Below are positions 45,976-58,519 of a stretch of 64,000 bases of DNA, piece after piece. The stretch's first letter is position 1; each line of letters begins with the position of its first letter. The position numbers were made by a program, and so were the translations under genes. The notes below the pieces were generated by a model. The model searched no databases. It worked only from the letters and a program-made list of their open reading frames with translations, and was not told the origin of the DNA. The stretch is from Eledone cirrhosa (Eukaryota): NCBI GenBank assembly GCA_964016885.1, contig OZ024741.1:353710001-353774000 (forward strand), given 5' to 3'.

Positions 45976-45982
<7 letters not shown>
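45030..45982. repeat. Non-coding ~545 bp terminally redundant unit (45382-45982) with inverted head (45030-45381); HHRs 45205-45285 (minus) and 45836-45916 (plus)
   Basis: ACTCC CTGATGA C GCAATG...CATTGY A GAA ACTAATTAGT T GGAGT. Confidence 0.88.
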
Positions 45983-46056
<74 letters not shown>

Positions 46057-46090
46057 GTAAATATATATATATATATTTACTGTATATATT

Positions 46091-47772
<1,682 letters not shown>

Positions 47773-48110
47773 ATAAATTTGATTGCAAGACATACTGATA
47801 TATAGATAACGAGAATACTGAAATCGTTATATAGAAAGAATACTCAGACAGTGTATCATTGGCAGTCAATTCATTATGATTCAAAAATTATCTACGTCAT
47901 TGTAATTTAAAATTAATCACCAGAAATTCTATTTCTATTCAAATATATATATATATATGTAGAAGTTCTATTTAAATTGTTGGGATACAACAAGCAAATA
48001 TTTTTTATAACTGATATAAAGCACTCAACAAATTATTGGAGCTTCCAACAGAAATGGTCGCATTCTTTAAGGGTATGTCAATATTAATTTATAAAACTGA
48101 TCTATATTAT

Positions 48111-48173
48111 ATTTTATCTGATGAAAGCACACCATAATTTAACTTGGTGTCCTTGAAATATGTATAATGAAAT
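48111..48173 (+). ncRNA. Hammerhead (family shared with 61181-61247)
   Basis: ATTTTAT CTGATGA AAG-C-ACACCA...TGGTGT-C-CTT GAA ATATGTAT A ATGAAAT. Confidence 0.7.
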
Positions 48174-48215
48174 AAATATGGTTTTATAAATATAGTTTCC
48201 ACTTGTTAATATATC

Positions 48216-48268
<53 letters not shown>

Positions 48269-48307
48269 TTGGAGCTCTGAAATATATATATTAAAATAAC
48301 AGATTAA

Positions 48308-48358
48308 AGTTTAAGCAAAGAATCGATGCTTTCACCCTTAACGGGATCTTCTGAAACT
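48308..48358 (-). ncRNA. Hammerhead-like motif with CAGAAGA core
   Basis: AGTTT CAGAAGA TCCC-GTTAA-GGGT GAA AGCA-tcgattctt-TGCT T AAACT. Confidence 0.65.
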
Positions 48359-48487
48359 AAAAAAAATCAATCTGCGAACGCAGAAGTAAATATTTAATAT
48401 ACGTACATACACGTGCATACGCGTATGCACGTGTATGTACGTATATTGATGTGTGTATGTATATATTTAATTATTATTACTTTAATA

Positions 48488-48680
48488 AGGCGGTGGATTG
48501 GCAGTATCGGTAGAGGGTCGGACGTCATGCTTTGACGCATAGAGTTACGGCCCTTGCCATTCTGAGTTCAAATCCTGCCGAGGTCAACTTTGCCTTTCAT
48601 CCTTACGGTGTTGATAAAATAAAGTACCAGTAATTCACTGGTTAATTGCTAGTCTTGTGCCAAAAGTAGAAACAATTACT
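48488..48680 (+). mobile_element. Full-length tRNA-derived SINE
   Basis: A box, B box, Nin-like core, tail. Confidence 0.92.
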
Positions 48681-48714
48681 TTAATAACCTGTCATTTTCG
48701 TTCTACTAATTTAT

Positions 48715-49215
48715 TTACCCGCTTTCCTGTCGCCACAGTGCCGGCCGCATTCCACGCCATACTGCCCTCAACGAGGTCATTAAGCATGGCTTGGACGCTG
48801 CAGGCTTCCCTCCCAGCTGGAGCCGGTGGGGCTGGATCGAGGGGACGGCAAAAGGCCAGATGGCATGACCATCTTCCCGTTCCGCGGTGGCAAACCCCTC
48901 TGCTAGGATGCCACTTGCACCGACACATTCTGCAACCTGGTGCAGTCTGCGACTGACCCAGGTTCTGCTGCACGTCGGGCTGAGGGAGCCAAACTCATCA
49001 AATACCGGTCGCTCTCCGACAGGTTTGCGGTCGTTCCCCTCGCAGTGGAAACTTCTGGTGTCCTCGGCCCCAGGGCTACCTCCTTACTCACCACCATAGG
49101 CGCTGAGCTGGCCAGCCGTAGGTGTGAGCCCCGCGAGTTGGAGTGGCCTTCTCCAGCGCGTTTCCCTTGCCATCCTCCGGGGAAACGCCTTCTCCATTCT
49201 GTCCGCCGGGGCTGT
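48715..49215 (+). pseudogene. CRE-like RLE C-terminal fragment
   Basis: [50 protein letters not shown]. Confidence 0.8.
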
Positions 49216-49335
49216 GGGTGGGCCCCATCGCGTACTATTACATTAGTTAAATACCATTCTTTCGTTTCAAATAGGTAAATAATTATTTCTTAAATGTATA
49301 GAACATGTTTCTCATTTATTTACATTATTCTTAAC

Positions 49336-49540
49336 TCGGTGGATTGGCAGCATCGCTAGAGGGACGGACGCATAGAGTTACGGCCCTTGCCATTCTTAGT
49401 TCAAATCCCGCCGAGATTAACTTTGCCTTTCATCCTTACGGGGTCGATAAAATAAAGTACCAGCAATGCACTGGGGTCGATTTAATTGACTTTCCCCTCA
49501 CCCAAAATTACTGGCCTTGTGCCTATTGTAGAAATCAATA
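49336..49540 (+). mobile_element. tRNA-derived SINE
   Basis: Family consensus. Confidence 0.9.
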
Positions 49541-49633
49541 TTATTACAACGATATGACCATCCCCAAGTATAACAATATTTGTTTTGACACACGATTTCA
49601 TATCAAAAACCTCGCAAAACAAATTCATCGACG

Positions 49634-49678
<45 letters not shown>

Positions 49679-50358
49679 GTGAGGTTTTTTTTACAAAATG
49701 AAAAATAACCGAGGTGTCCTACACGAGTGGAAGTATAAAGAAAAAGGGATGAAATCGAAAATGCAACTGAAGTCTTATTTTTTTAAAAAATATATATATT
49801 TATTTGGTTCCTTTACCGGTTTCGCAGTTCTTCTGCTTTTCAAAAGGTGAGTTGAGATGGAGGGTCTGTGGTTTTTCTCACATCTGGTTGGTCTCTAAAT
49901 GTTACTTGTTTTATATGGAAAAACTGGCTCGAAAACCAGGTTTTTCGAGAAGTAATTTGATTGGTTTGTCAATAATTATAATAAATTTCGCGCCAGTTCG
50001 CGTTACAATAGTTCTTCAAATAAGAGAGGGGGGGGTTGTCACAGGTTGTTTTTTCATATATGACTGTTTGAATTTCTTTTTACTTGAAAAAATGAGGCTC
50101 ACGAAGGCTTTTTTTTGGTTGGTTATAAATGAAATTTGGCTGTCACGTGAACAAGTTTTCATTACATTTTTGCGCCCTTATTTGGAAAACTATTCTGTAG
50201 TCTTTATAGTGAATGTTATGACAATGGAGAGATAGTGGTCAAGGGAAAAGGGATTGGGAGAAATGTTCTGGTTCAGTGAATATGGCCAGCTGTCAGAGTT
50301 CAGGTGTCAGAGTTCAGATTTTCTATTGAGACTGAAGATATGTGTTTATTTGTGTGCT

Positions 50359-50408
<50 letters not shown>

Positions 50409-51027
50409 TATTGGAAGATGATTCTATTAGTAGATATGGGGGAGGGAGTTGTGTGTGTATATGGGTGTTATGTGTGTGTGTGCGAGTATGTTAGATAGAG
50501 AGAATATATATTTTTTGTGTGTGTGTATATATATATGTGTGTAGGAAAGTGGTTCTATTAGTAGAAATGGCGAGGGTGTTGTAGGTGTGGGGGTTTTTAT
50601 GTGTGTGTATGGGTGTTATGTGTGTGGGAGTATGGTTAGCATGTTAAGATGAAGAGAATATATATATATATATATATATATATTGTGTGTGTGTATGTGT
50701 GTGTGTAGGAAAATGATTCCTTTAGTAGGAATATTTTTGAATGAACATATTTTCCTGACTTTTTCGTGTTTGCTGTTGTATTGCCAGTGCAAACGTATGT
50801 TTAAGGTTTATTTAGTTCGGGTTTTTATTTTCTAAAGTAGGTGTTATGTGTGTGTGTGTATGTCATATTGTGGTGTTGACATAATGTATATTAAACCTTA
50901 TTTAATGTTGGTCTATATTTTTGAATAAACATATTTTCCTTATTTATTCGCATTTGTTCTGTTGTATTGTTAGCGCAAAGGTAAAATGGGAAGACTTGGA
51001 ATTTGGGTGTCTTATTACTTGCGCAAA

Positions 51028-51416
51028 ACTATAACGATAATCCCAGAAACCATAGACAAAACTATAACCCTACTAACAAAAACCAAAGATCCCCGAACAC
51101 AAGGCAGGACCTGATCCGCAGATCACAACCCACACAAAACCTATTCCAAAACCGTAGACCCCTGCCCACACAGAGCCTGTTCCAAAACCATAGATCCCAA
51201 CCCACACAAAGGAACCAAATCTACAACCCGGACTATCAACAAACCGAACCTCAATACGTCCGAAACTTCTATACAAGACCACACAACAACAGGGGAAATA
51301 CCATTAGATATAATAATACCAATGAAAAAACATTCCAGAAAAATCATTTTTTAGACCAAGGCTACAGGACTCACGACACCCGGTGGCACAAACCGATTTT
51401 GAAAAACCGAAAATAA
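51028..51416 (+). CDS. Upstream N/Q/R-rich ORF (5' truncated) with 12-aa repeats, overlapping the RT frame
   Basis: Open frame with RRSQPTQNLFQN-like repeats; CAT TTT TTA at 51345-51353. Confidence 0.5.
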
Positions 51417-53654
51417 TTAACATTTCAAATACAAACCTCTCAGCCCAACAAGTAAAAATTCTCTCCAAAGGTCTGAAATTCACACCAACACCACAATATC
51501 CTAACCCCAACGAGATAAATGACGATATCTCACACTTCTGTAGAAAATTACGTCTCACAGAGGAATTCTTTGACAAGGAGAATAACGACGAATCAATTGT
51601 ACGGAATAAAAGCAGCTACAACCCAACAAAAGGTAGAAACAGAGTTCTGGACAAATTTTGTGACCACATAGCTACCTTCCCATACCATGAACTACCGCAA
51701 CCTAAACCCAAACCCAACACAAGTCGAAGGGAATGGGAGATTATCCATGAACTAAAAAAACAATCCGGACATTGTAATTAAGGAAGCGGACAAGGGAAGT
51801 ACTGTTGTCATTATGGAGGCTGAAAAATATAAAAATTCTATGTTCTCTCTCTTACAAAATGCTAATTACTATGAAAGAGTAAAAAACTACCAGCAATCAA
51901 AAATAATGACCAAATTAAACACACTGATTTATCGATACCAGGAAGACCTAACTAAAAAGGAACGCGATTATTTAACAAATTTTGAATACAAAACCAGCAA
52001 CCTTTACGGACTTCCGAAGATCCACAAATGTAAAATAATCAACGATGCCTGTAAACAATCCACCTCAGCCTGCGTGAACACACAATACCCCACAGACCTT
52101 AAATTAAGACCAATTGTAGCGGGCCCACAATGTGAAACACACAGATTGAGCAACTTTATAGACATACTACTGAAACCAATACTGAAACACATACCAAGCC
52201 TTGTAAGAGACGATCTGGACCTCTTAAACCACCTCCCCAAACATGTCAACAACGACACTATTATTGTGTCTTTCGATGTAGTGAATCTCTACACAACGAT
52301 CCCACACCAATACGGACTAGAAGCAATAGGATTCTGGCTAGAGAAATATCCCAATGAGATACCTGACAGAATAGAAAAAAGCTTCATCACCGAGGGATTA
52401 AAATTCATCCTACAGAACAACTTTTTTGATTTCGATGGCAATACTTACAAGCAAATATCGGGGACTGCGATGGGCACAAAAGCCGCTCCAACTTATGCCA
52501 ACTTAGTCATGGCATACTTAGAAATCCAGATATATGAACAGTCCAAATCAAAATACGGATTGAACTTCCACAAATATTTATCAGAGAATTGGAAACGCTA
52601 CTTGGATGATTGCCTCATTCTTTGGTCCCACACACTCGACCAACTGAAGGATTTCAAAAACTTAATAAACGGCATCAATAACCACATCCAATTCACAATG
52701 GAATACAGCCAAGATCAACTCCCATTTCTGGACATCTTAATCACAAAAAAAGACACAAATATCGAAACTGACATACACTACAAACCAACAGATTCCAAAC
52801 AATATCTGCTATTCACCTCCAACCATCCAAAGCACACGAAGACGAACATTCCTTTTAACCTAGCAAGAAGAATTTGCACAATTGTCTCCAATTATGAAAC
52901 GCGAAATAAAAGACTTCAAGAATTAAAGGAAATTCTACTTGAGAGAGAGTACCCACTATTACTAATAAATAATGGAATAGAAAGGGTTAAAGCAATAGGC
53001 ATTGATGAATTACGGAAACAGAAACAAATTCAAGGTACGTCCAATATTCTATCATATATCTCAACACACAACCCAAGAAATGCGGAAGCTTACAACACTA
53101 TTCACAATAACATCCCACTACTAAAACAAAACCCAAGAATGAAAAAAGCCCTTGAAACACACAAAATAATCAAAAGCAAAAGACAACCAAAATCACTGAA
53201 AACATTACTCACCAATGCCAAATTACCTACCACAAACCCACAACCAAGTATCAAAAAATGTGGTCGCTCTAATTGTGGAACCTGCACTCACCTCATTGAA
53301 GGCAACACGTATACATTTAAATCAGGACAAAATTTTACTGTAAAAAATCACTTCACTTGCTCATCAAAAAATCTAATTTATGCCATTAAATGTAAAGGAT
53401 GCAATGAAGATTATATAGGACAAACTAAACTCACACTCAGAAACAGAATGACAGTTCATCGCCAACAATTACGAGATCCAACCACGAGACAAATACCACT
53501 AAGTGCACATCTAGACATTTGCGCAAGTAATAAGACACCCAAATTCCAAGTCTTCCCATTTTACCTTTGCGCTAACAATACAACAGAACAAATGCGAATA
53601 AATAAGGAAAATATGTTTATTCAAAAATATAGACCAACATTAAATAAGGTTTAA
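51350..53654 (+). CDS. PLE reverse transcriptase + Zn finger + GIY-YIG endonuclease (one frameshift in the A7 run 51754-51760)
   Basis: IINIS..LSKGLKFTP, KEADKG, LYGLPKIHK, LRPIV, FDVVNLYT, GTAMGT, RYLDD, LPFLD, CGRSNCGTC, IYAIKCKGC..YIGQT..R..H. Confidence 0.93.
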
Positions 53655-54130
53655 TATACATTATGTCAACACCACAATATGACATACACACACACACATA
53701 ACACCTACTTTAGAAAATAAAAACCCGAACTAAATAAACCTTAAACATACGTTTGCACTGGCAATACAACAGCAAACACGAAAAAGTCAGGAAAATATGT
53801 TCATTCAAAAATATTCCTACTAAAGGAATCATTTTCCTACACACACACATACACACACACAATATATATATATATATATATATTCTCTTCATCTTAACAT
53901 GCTAACCATACTCCCACACACATAACACCCATACACACACATAAAAACCCCCACACCTACAACACCCTCGCCATTTCTACTAATAGAACCACTTTCCTAC
54001 ACACATATATATACACACACACAAAAAATATATATTCTCTCTATCTAACATACTCGCACACACACACATAACACCCATATACACACACAACTCCCTCCCC
54101 CATCTCTACTAATAGAATCATCTTCCAATA

Positions 54131-54180
<50 letters not shown>

Positions 54181-54701
54181 AGCACACAAATAAACACATA
54201 TCTTCAGTCTCAATAGAAAATCTGAACTCTGACACCTGAACTCTGACAGCTGGCCATATTCACTGAACCAGAACATTTCTCCCAATCCCTTTTCCCTTGA
54301 CCACTATCTCTCCATTGTCATAACATTCACTATAAAGACTACAGAATAGTTTTCCAAATAAGGGCGCAAAAATGTAATGAAAACTTGTTCACGTGACAGC
54401 CAAATTTCATTTATAACCAACCAAAAAAAAGCCTTCGTGAGCCTCATTTTTTCAAGTAAAAAGAAATTCAAACACTCATATATGAAAAAACAACCTGTGA
54501 CAACCCCCCCCCCCCCCCCCCTCTCTTATTTGAAGAACTATTGTAACGCGAACTGGCGCGAAATTTATTATAATTATTGACAAACCAATCAAATTACTTC
54601 TCGAAAAACCTGGTTTTCGAGCCAGTTTTTCCATATAAAACAAGTAACATTTAGAGACCAACCAGATGTGAGAAAAACCACAGACCCTCCATCTCAACTC
54701 A

Positions 54702-54739
54702 CCTTTTGAAAAGCAGAAGAACTGCGAAACCGGTAAAGG
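54702..54739 (+). ncRNA. U3-A8 minimal hammerhead of the Neptune-like pLTR (twin at 49810-49847 minus)
   Basis: CCTT TTGAAAA GCAG-AAGAA-CTGC GAA ACCGGT A AAGG. Confidence 0.8.
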
Positions 54740-54810
54740 AACCAAATAAATATATATATTTTTAAAAAAAATAAGACTTCAGTTGCATTTTCTTTTTCAT
54801 CCCTTTTTCT

Positions 54811-54869
<59 letters not shown>

Positions 54870-54880
54870 AAAGAGTCAGG

Positions 54881-54973
54881 ACCCCGACGGCTAAGCTCTG
54901 GCCTTTTCGACAGCTAGATCAGAACTGAAGTAGTATTGGGACGTTAGGGACCTAGCTGAACTTATCAAGGGGT
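54881..54973 (-). ncRNA. U3-A8 hammerhead, diverged relative of 44773-44866
   Basis: ACCCC TTGATAA GTT CAGCTAG...CTAGCTG TC GAA AAGGCC-AGAGCTT-AGCCGT C GGGGT. Confidence 0.7.
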
Positions 54974-55362
54974 ACAGTCCATATATGGGCATGCAATCAA
55001 AACATAGCAGAAGTATCATATCAAACAATCCTAAAAATTGTTGTTTTTCTTCATATACATAGCAGCGGAGTGGGGGAAGTTGCCTGTAGAACAAAGGGGA
55101 AGGAGTAAGATGACATTCTGACCTGTGGATGCCGGACCGGTCATGCGTTAAGAGAGAATTCTTTACAGCTAAAAGGGGTAAAGACATGAGAAACAAGGAA
55201 TGTTGTAGAGTGAAAATGAGTATGCCAGGTCTAACCGTTGGCTAAAGAGCAAAGCAAATATAATTTAATACTAATTAAATTCCTAATTAATAAAATTTAG
55301 TTATTAGTTACTCTAATGCACTACAACCGCACCTCAATGTAGTAATTTATCAATATTATCTT

Positions 55363-55550
55363 CCGGTGGATTGGCAGTAGCGGTAGAGGGTCGGACGCCA
55401 TGCTTTGACGCATAGAGTTACGGCCCTTGCCATTCTGAGTTCAAATCCCGCCGAGGTTAACTTTGCCTTTCATCCTTATGAGGTCGATAAAATAAAGTAC
55501 CAGTAATACAGTGGTTAATTGTTGGCCTTGTGCCAAAAGTAGAAACAATT
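55363..55550 (+). mobile_element. tRNA-derived SINE
   Basis: Family consensus. Confidence 0.92.
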
Positions 55551-55561
55551 ATCTTCCATAA

Positions 55562-55599
<38 letters not shown>

Positions 55600-55804
55600 T
55601 CTACAACTCCTTCTTTTCTCATCTATCTTTATCTCCATCTCTCTTTCTATATATATAACCCCCTCATCTCTCTCTCTCTCTCTCATGCTCTCCGTTTGAT
55701 TCGTGGTTATTACATATATCTTAACCCCAAAACATTTTACTAAGCAAATAGTATACACCTGGTAACGGCTATCTTTCGCGCCGAGAATACTCAAATTTTA
55801 CGAA

Positions 55805-55874
<70 letters not shown>

Positions 55875-55919
55875 CTTCTGCGTTCACAGATTTGGAAACT
55901 CTGGTTCGTAGAATCGAGG

Positions 55920-56010
55920 CATATCTTAGGATCTTGCGATTTCAGAGTCAGGTTTGATCATTGCATCGATCGTGCCTCCAGCTGGTCGCCAGAGAAACGA
56001 TTGTAATATG
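55920..56010 (+). ncRNA. Decayed long-helix-II hammerhead
   Basis: CATAT CTTAGGA TCT TGCGAT...GTCGC C AGA GAA ACGATTGT A ATATG. Confidence 0.55.
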
Positions 56011-56055
56011 TCTAATAAATCTTATTCGTAGCACCACTAATTCTCCGTTTCTTAT

Positions 56056-56115
<60 letters not shown>

Positions 56116-56152
56116 AGGGTGTTAAAGTTTGCTTGAAGCATTGTGAAATGTG

Positions 56153-56402
56153 TAAAATACGTAGTTAAGAAAGCCACAACAATGCAGAGGGAAATCTCGA
56201 GGTAGGAAGTGAATGATAGATAGGAGAAACAGGTGAAAGTGAAAATTGAGAGAGACAAAGATGAAAACAAAACAAAGGTATGTTTTGTTTTCATCTTTGT
56301 CTCTCTCAATTTTCACTTTCACCTGTTTCTCCTATCTATCATTCACTTCCTACCTCGAGATTTCCCTCTGCATTGTTGTGGCTTTCTTAACTACGTATTT
56401 TA
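56153..56402. repeat. Perfect inverted repeat, 122 bp arms, 6 nt spacer
   Basis: 56153-56274 vs 56281-56402. Confidence 0.92.
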
Positions 56403-56454
56403 TATATATATATATATTTATATACATGCATATATATATATATATATATATACA

Positions 56455-56544
<90 letters not shown>

Positions 56545-56630
56545 GAAAAATTGAACAGGGACAGAACAGAGAGGCAGTACAATAAATGTTTATTAAATTC
56601 ACGCTCAGGAGAGTGGGGGGTAGGTGGGGG

Positions 56631-56662
56631 ACGACGTTTCGGGCATAAGCCCTTCTTCAGGT
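56631..56662 (-). ncRNA. Minimal hammerhead at the end of a C/CA-rich minus-strand PLE-like UTR (~56543-58060)
   Basis: AC CTGAAGA A GGGC-TTAT-GCCC GAA ACGT C GT. Confidence 0.7.
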
Positions 56663-57492
56663 GAGAAGTGTGTGGGAACAGAGTTCAACAGGGGAGTGGT
56701 GGAGAGACATATAGCGAAAGGAACCGGTGCGAATGAAAAATTAACAAATAAAGACAAAAAATATAATAAATAAAAATAAAGCATGATCAAAATACAAGGA
56801 ATGAGAAAATTTAAAAATAAAGGCATGATCAAAATAAACTGAAATTAAAAGGGGGGTAAACAGGTGGTGGAAGGGTGTGGGGTGAGTAGGGGTGGTGGCG
56901 GGTGGAGTGGGGAGAGGGAGACGGGGTGTCCGAGCGGGGAGGGCTGAAGGTGGTGTGTGTGGTTAGGTGTGCGTGTGTGTGTGTGTGTGTGTGAAAGTGA
57001 GGGTTGGGGGAAGAACGGGGTTGCATGTTCAGGAAGGTGTGTGTGGGGGGTGTTTTTGTGGGTCCGAGTGTCTGTGCGTGTGTGGATAGGGAGGTGGGGG
57101 GATAGGAATCAGGAGGCTGAGGGTGTAAATATGTGGTGGGAAGCACGTGTGTGTGGTTTAAGCGTGTTGTGGGTGTGGGTGGCGTGTGGATAAAAAAAAT
57201 GTTTGGGGTGTGTGTGTGGGTGAGTTATATAGGTGATGGTGTAAGAGGATGGTTGAAAAGTTGGTAAGTTCCACGGATGTTTGGAGATTTGGTTAGAAGT
57301 CAATTTCGCGTGTGGGTAATCCAAGAAGCGGTGGTCGGAAGAGGAGAGATGTGGGGTGCGCGCGCAACAGGAAGTGGTCAGCAGTGGGAGTGCTGTGGTC
57401 AGTTGGTGCTGAGAGGTGGTCGGAAGGGCATAGCAGCAGTCGGTGGAATGGTAGGGAGGCGAGGATAGGTAGGTGTGAGAGTTGGAGTGAGG

Positions 57493-57527
<35 letters not shown>

Positions 57528-58519
57528 TAGTAGGGGTGTTAGTGGGATGAGTGAGTGTGGAGCGGGGAGAGAAGGGTGTGTGTGGTTCTATGGAGGGAGT
57601 GTGGTGTACTGGTGTGTGTGTAGTTTGGTGAAGAGGTGTTAGTGGGTGTTAGTATACGGGAGGTGGGGAGGGGTGGAATGCAGGTGTGAGTGGAGGTTAG
57701 TGGTGGTAGGGTGTGTAGAGTTGGTGGTGTACGAGGGTGTGTGGGTACGCGTGCGTGGGGTTGGGGGGTGTTAGTGATGTTAGTTGCGTGTGGGGTGGGT
57801 GGTGTAAGTGGGTGCGTGTGTGCGTGTGATAAGGAGGGGGAGGAGGAGAAGAGGGGAGGGAAGGGATGTTAGTATGTTAGTTGGGGAAGGGTGGTCAGAT
57901 GAGGGGTGGAGTAGAGGTGTTAGTATTGTTAGTGTGGGGTGGGCGGTGAAAAGGAGGGGTGCGTTAGTGGTGTTAGTGGGGGATAAGTGTGGGGGGAGGG
58001 GGGCGGTCGAACGCTAAAGGAATAAGGGTGGGGAGTTCAGGCCGGGGGGAGTGTGGGTCTGATATATATATATATAATACAATTCTCTGCTTATAACACT
58101 TTTAATAACAACTGTTGTAAACAGAATACTGTGCAGAAACGGTACCGTCCAAGGATTTGATATGCCAGTATCATTACCCAAGCACTGCCATCTTACTTAC
58201 TGATTAACTATTAGTGTGCACTGACAATTCGTTTGCATTTTTTCACTTGCAAGCTTATTAGCTCATTGAGTAAGCTCGCTGAAGTAAATTCGGTGACTAT
58301 CGTAAACTAATGCGTAGCCACAGTAGTAAGAAAAAATTAAGAGAATTTGGAGAGATGAATGTGATGCGGAAATGGGTGAAAGAAACCGCTCCAACTCTAT
58401 AGGTCCGGCGATTTTTATCAATGTTTTATGTGGCTTAGAGCATGTTCCAAGTGCAAGCTTAAGGATTTGATGAGAAGGCGTGAAGATAGTTTCTGCAATA
58501 GATTACTTAAGGATTCAAA

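Larger units (their letters stand above)
49672..54815 (+). mobile_element. Near-intact Penelope-like element (Neptune-like) with ~1.3 kb inverted pseudo-LTR
   Basis: ~49735-51027 is the reverse complement of 53518-54815; RT+GIY-YIG ORF lies between; (TA)n on both sides. Confidence 0.93.

Noticed and set aside
56860-58060. G/T-rich tract with several ORFs and G-quadruplex potential
   Set aside because: It is low-complexity C/A-rich element UTR on the minus strand, and the ORFs lack domains.
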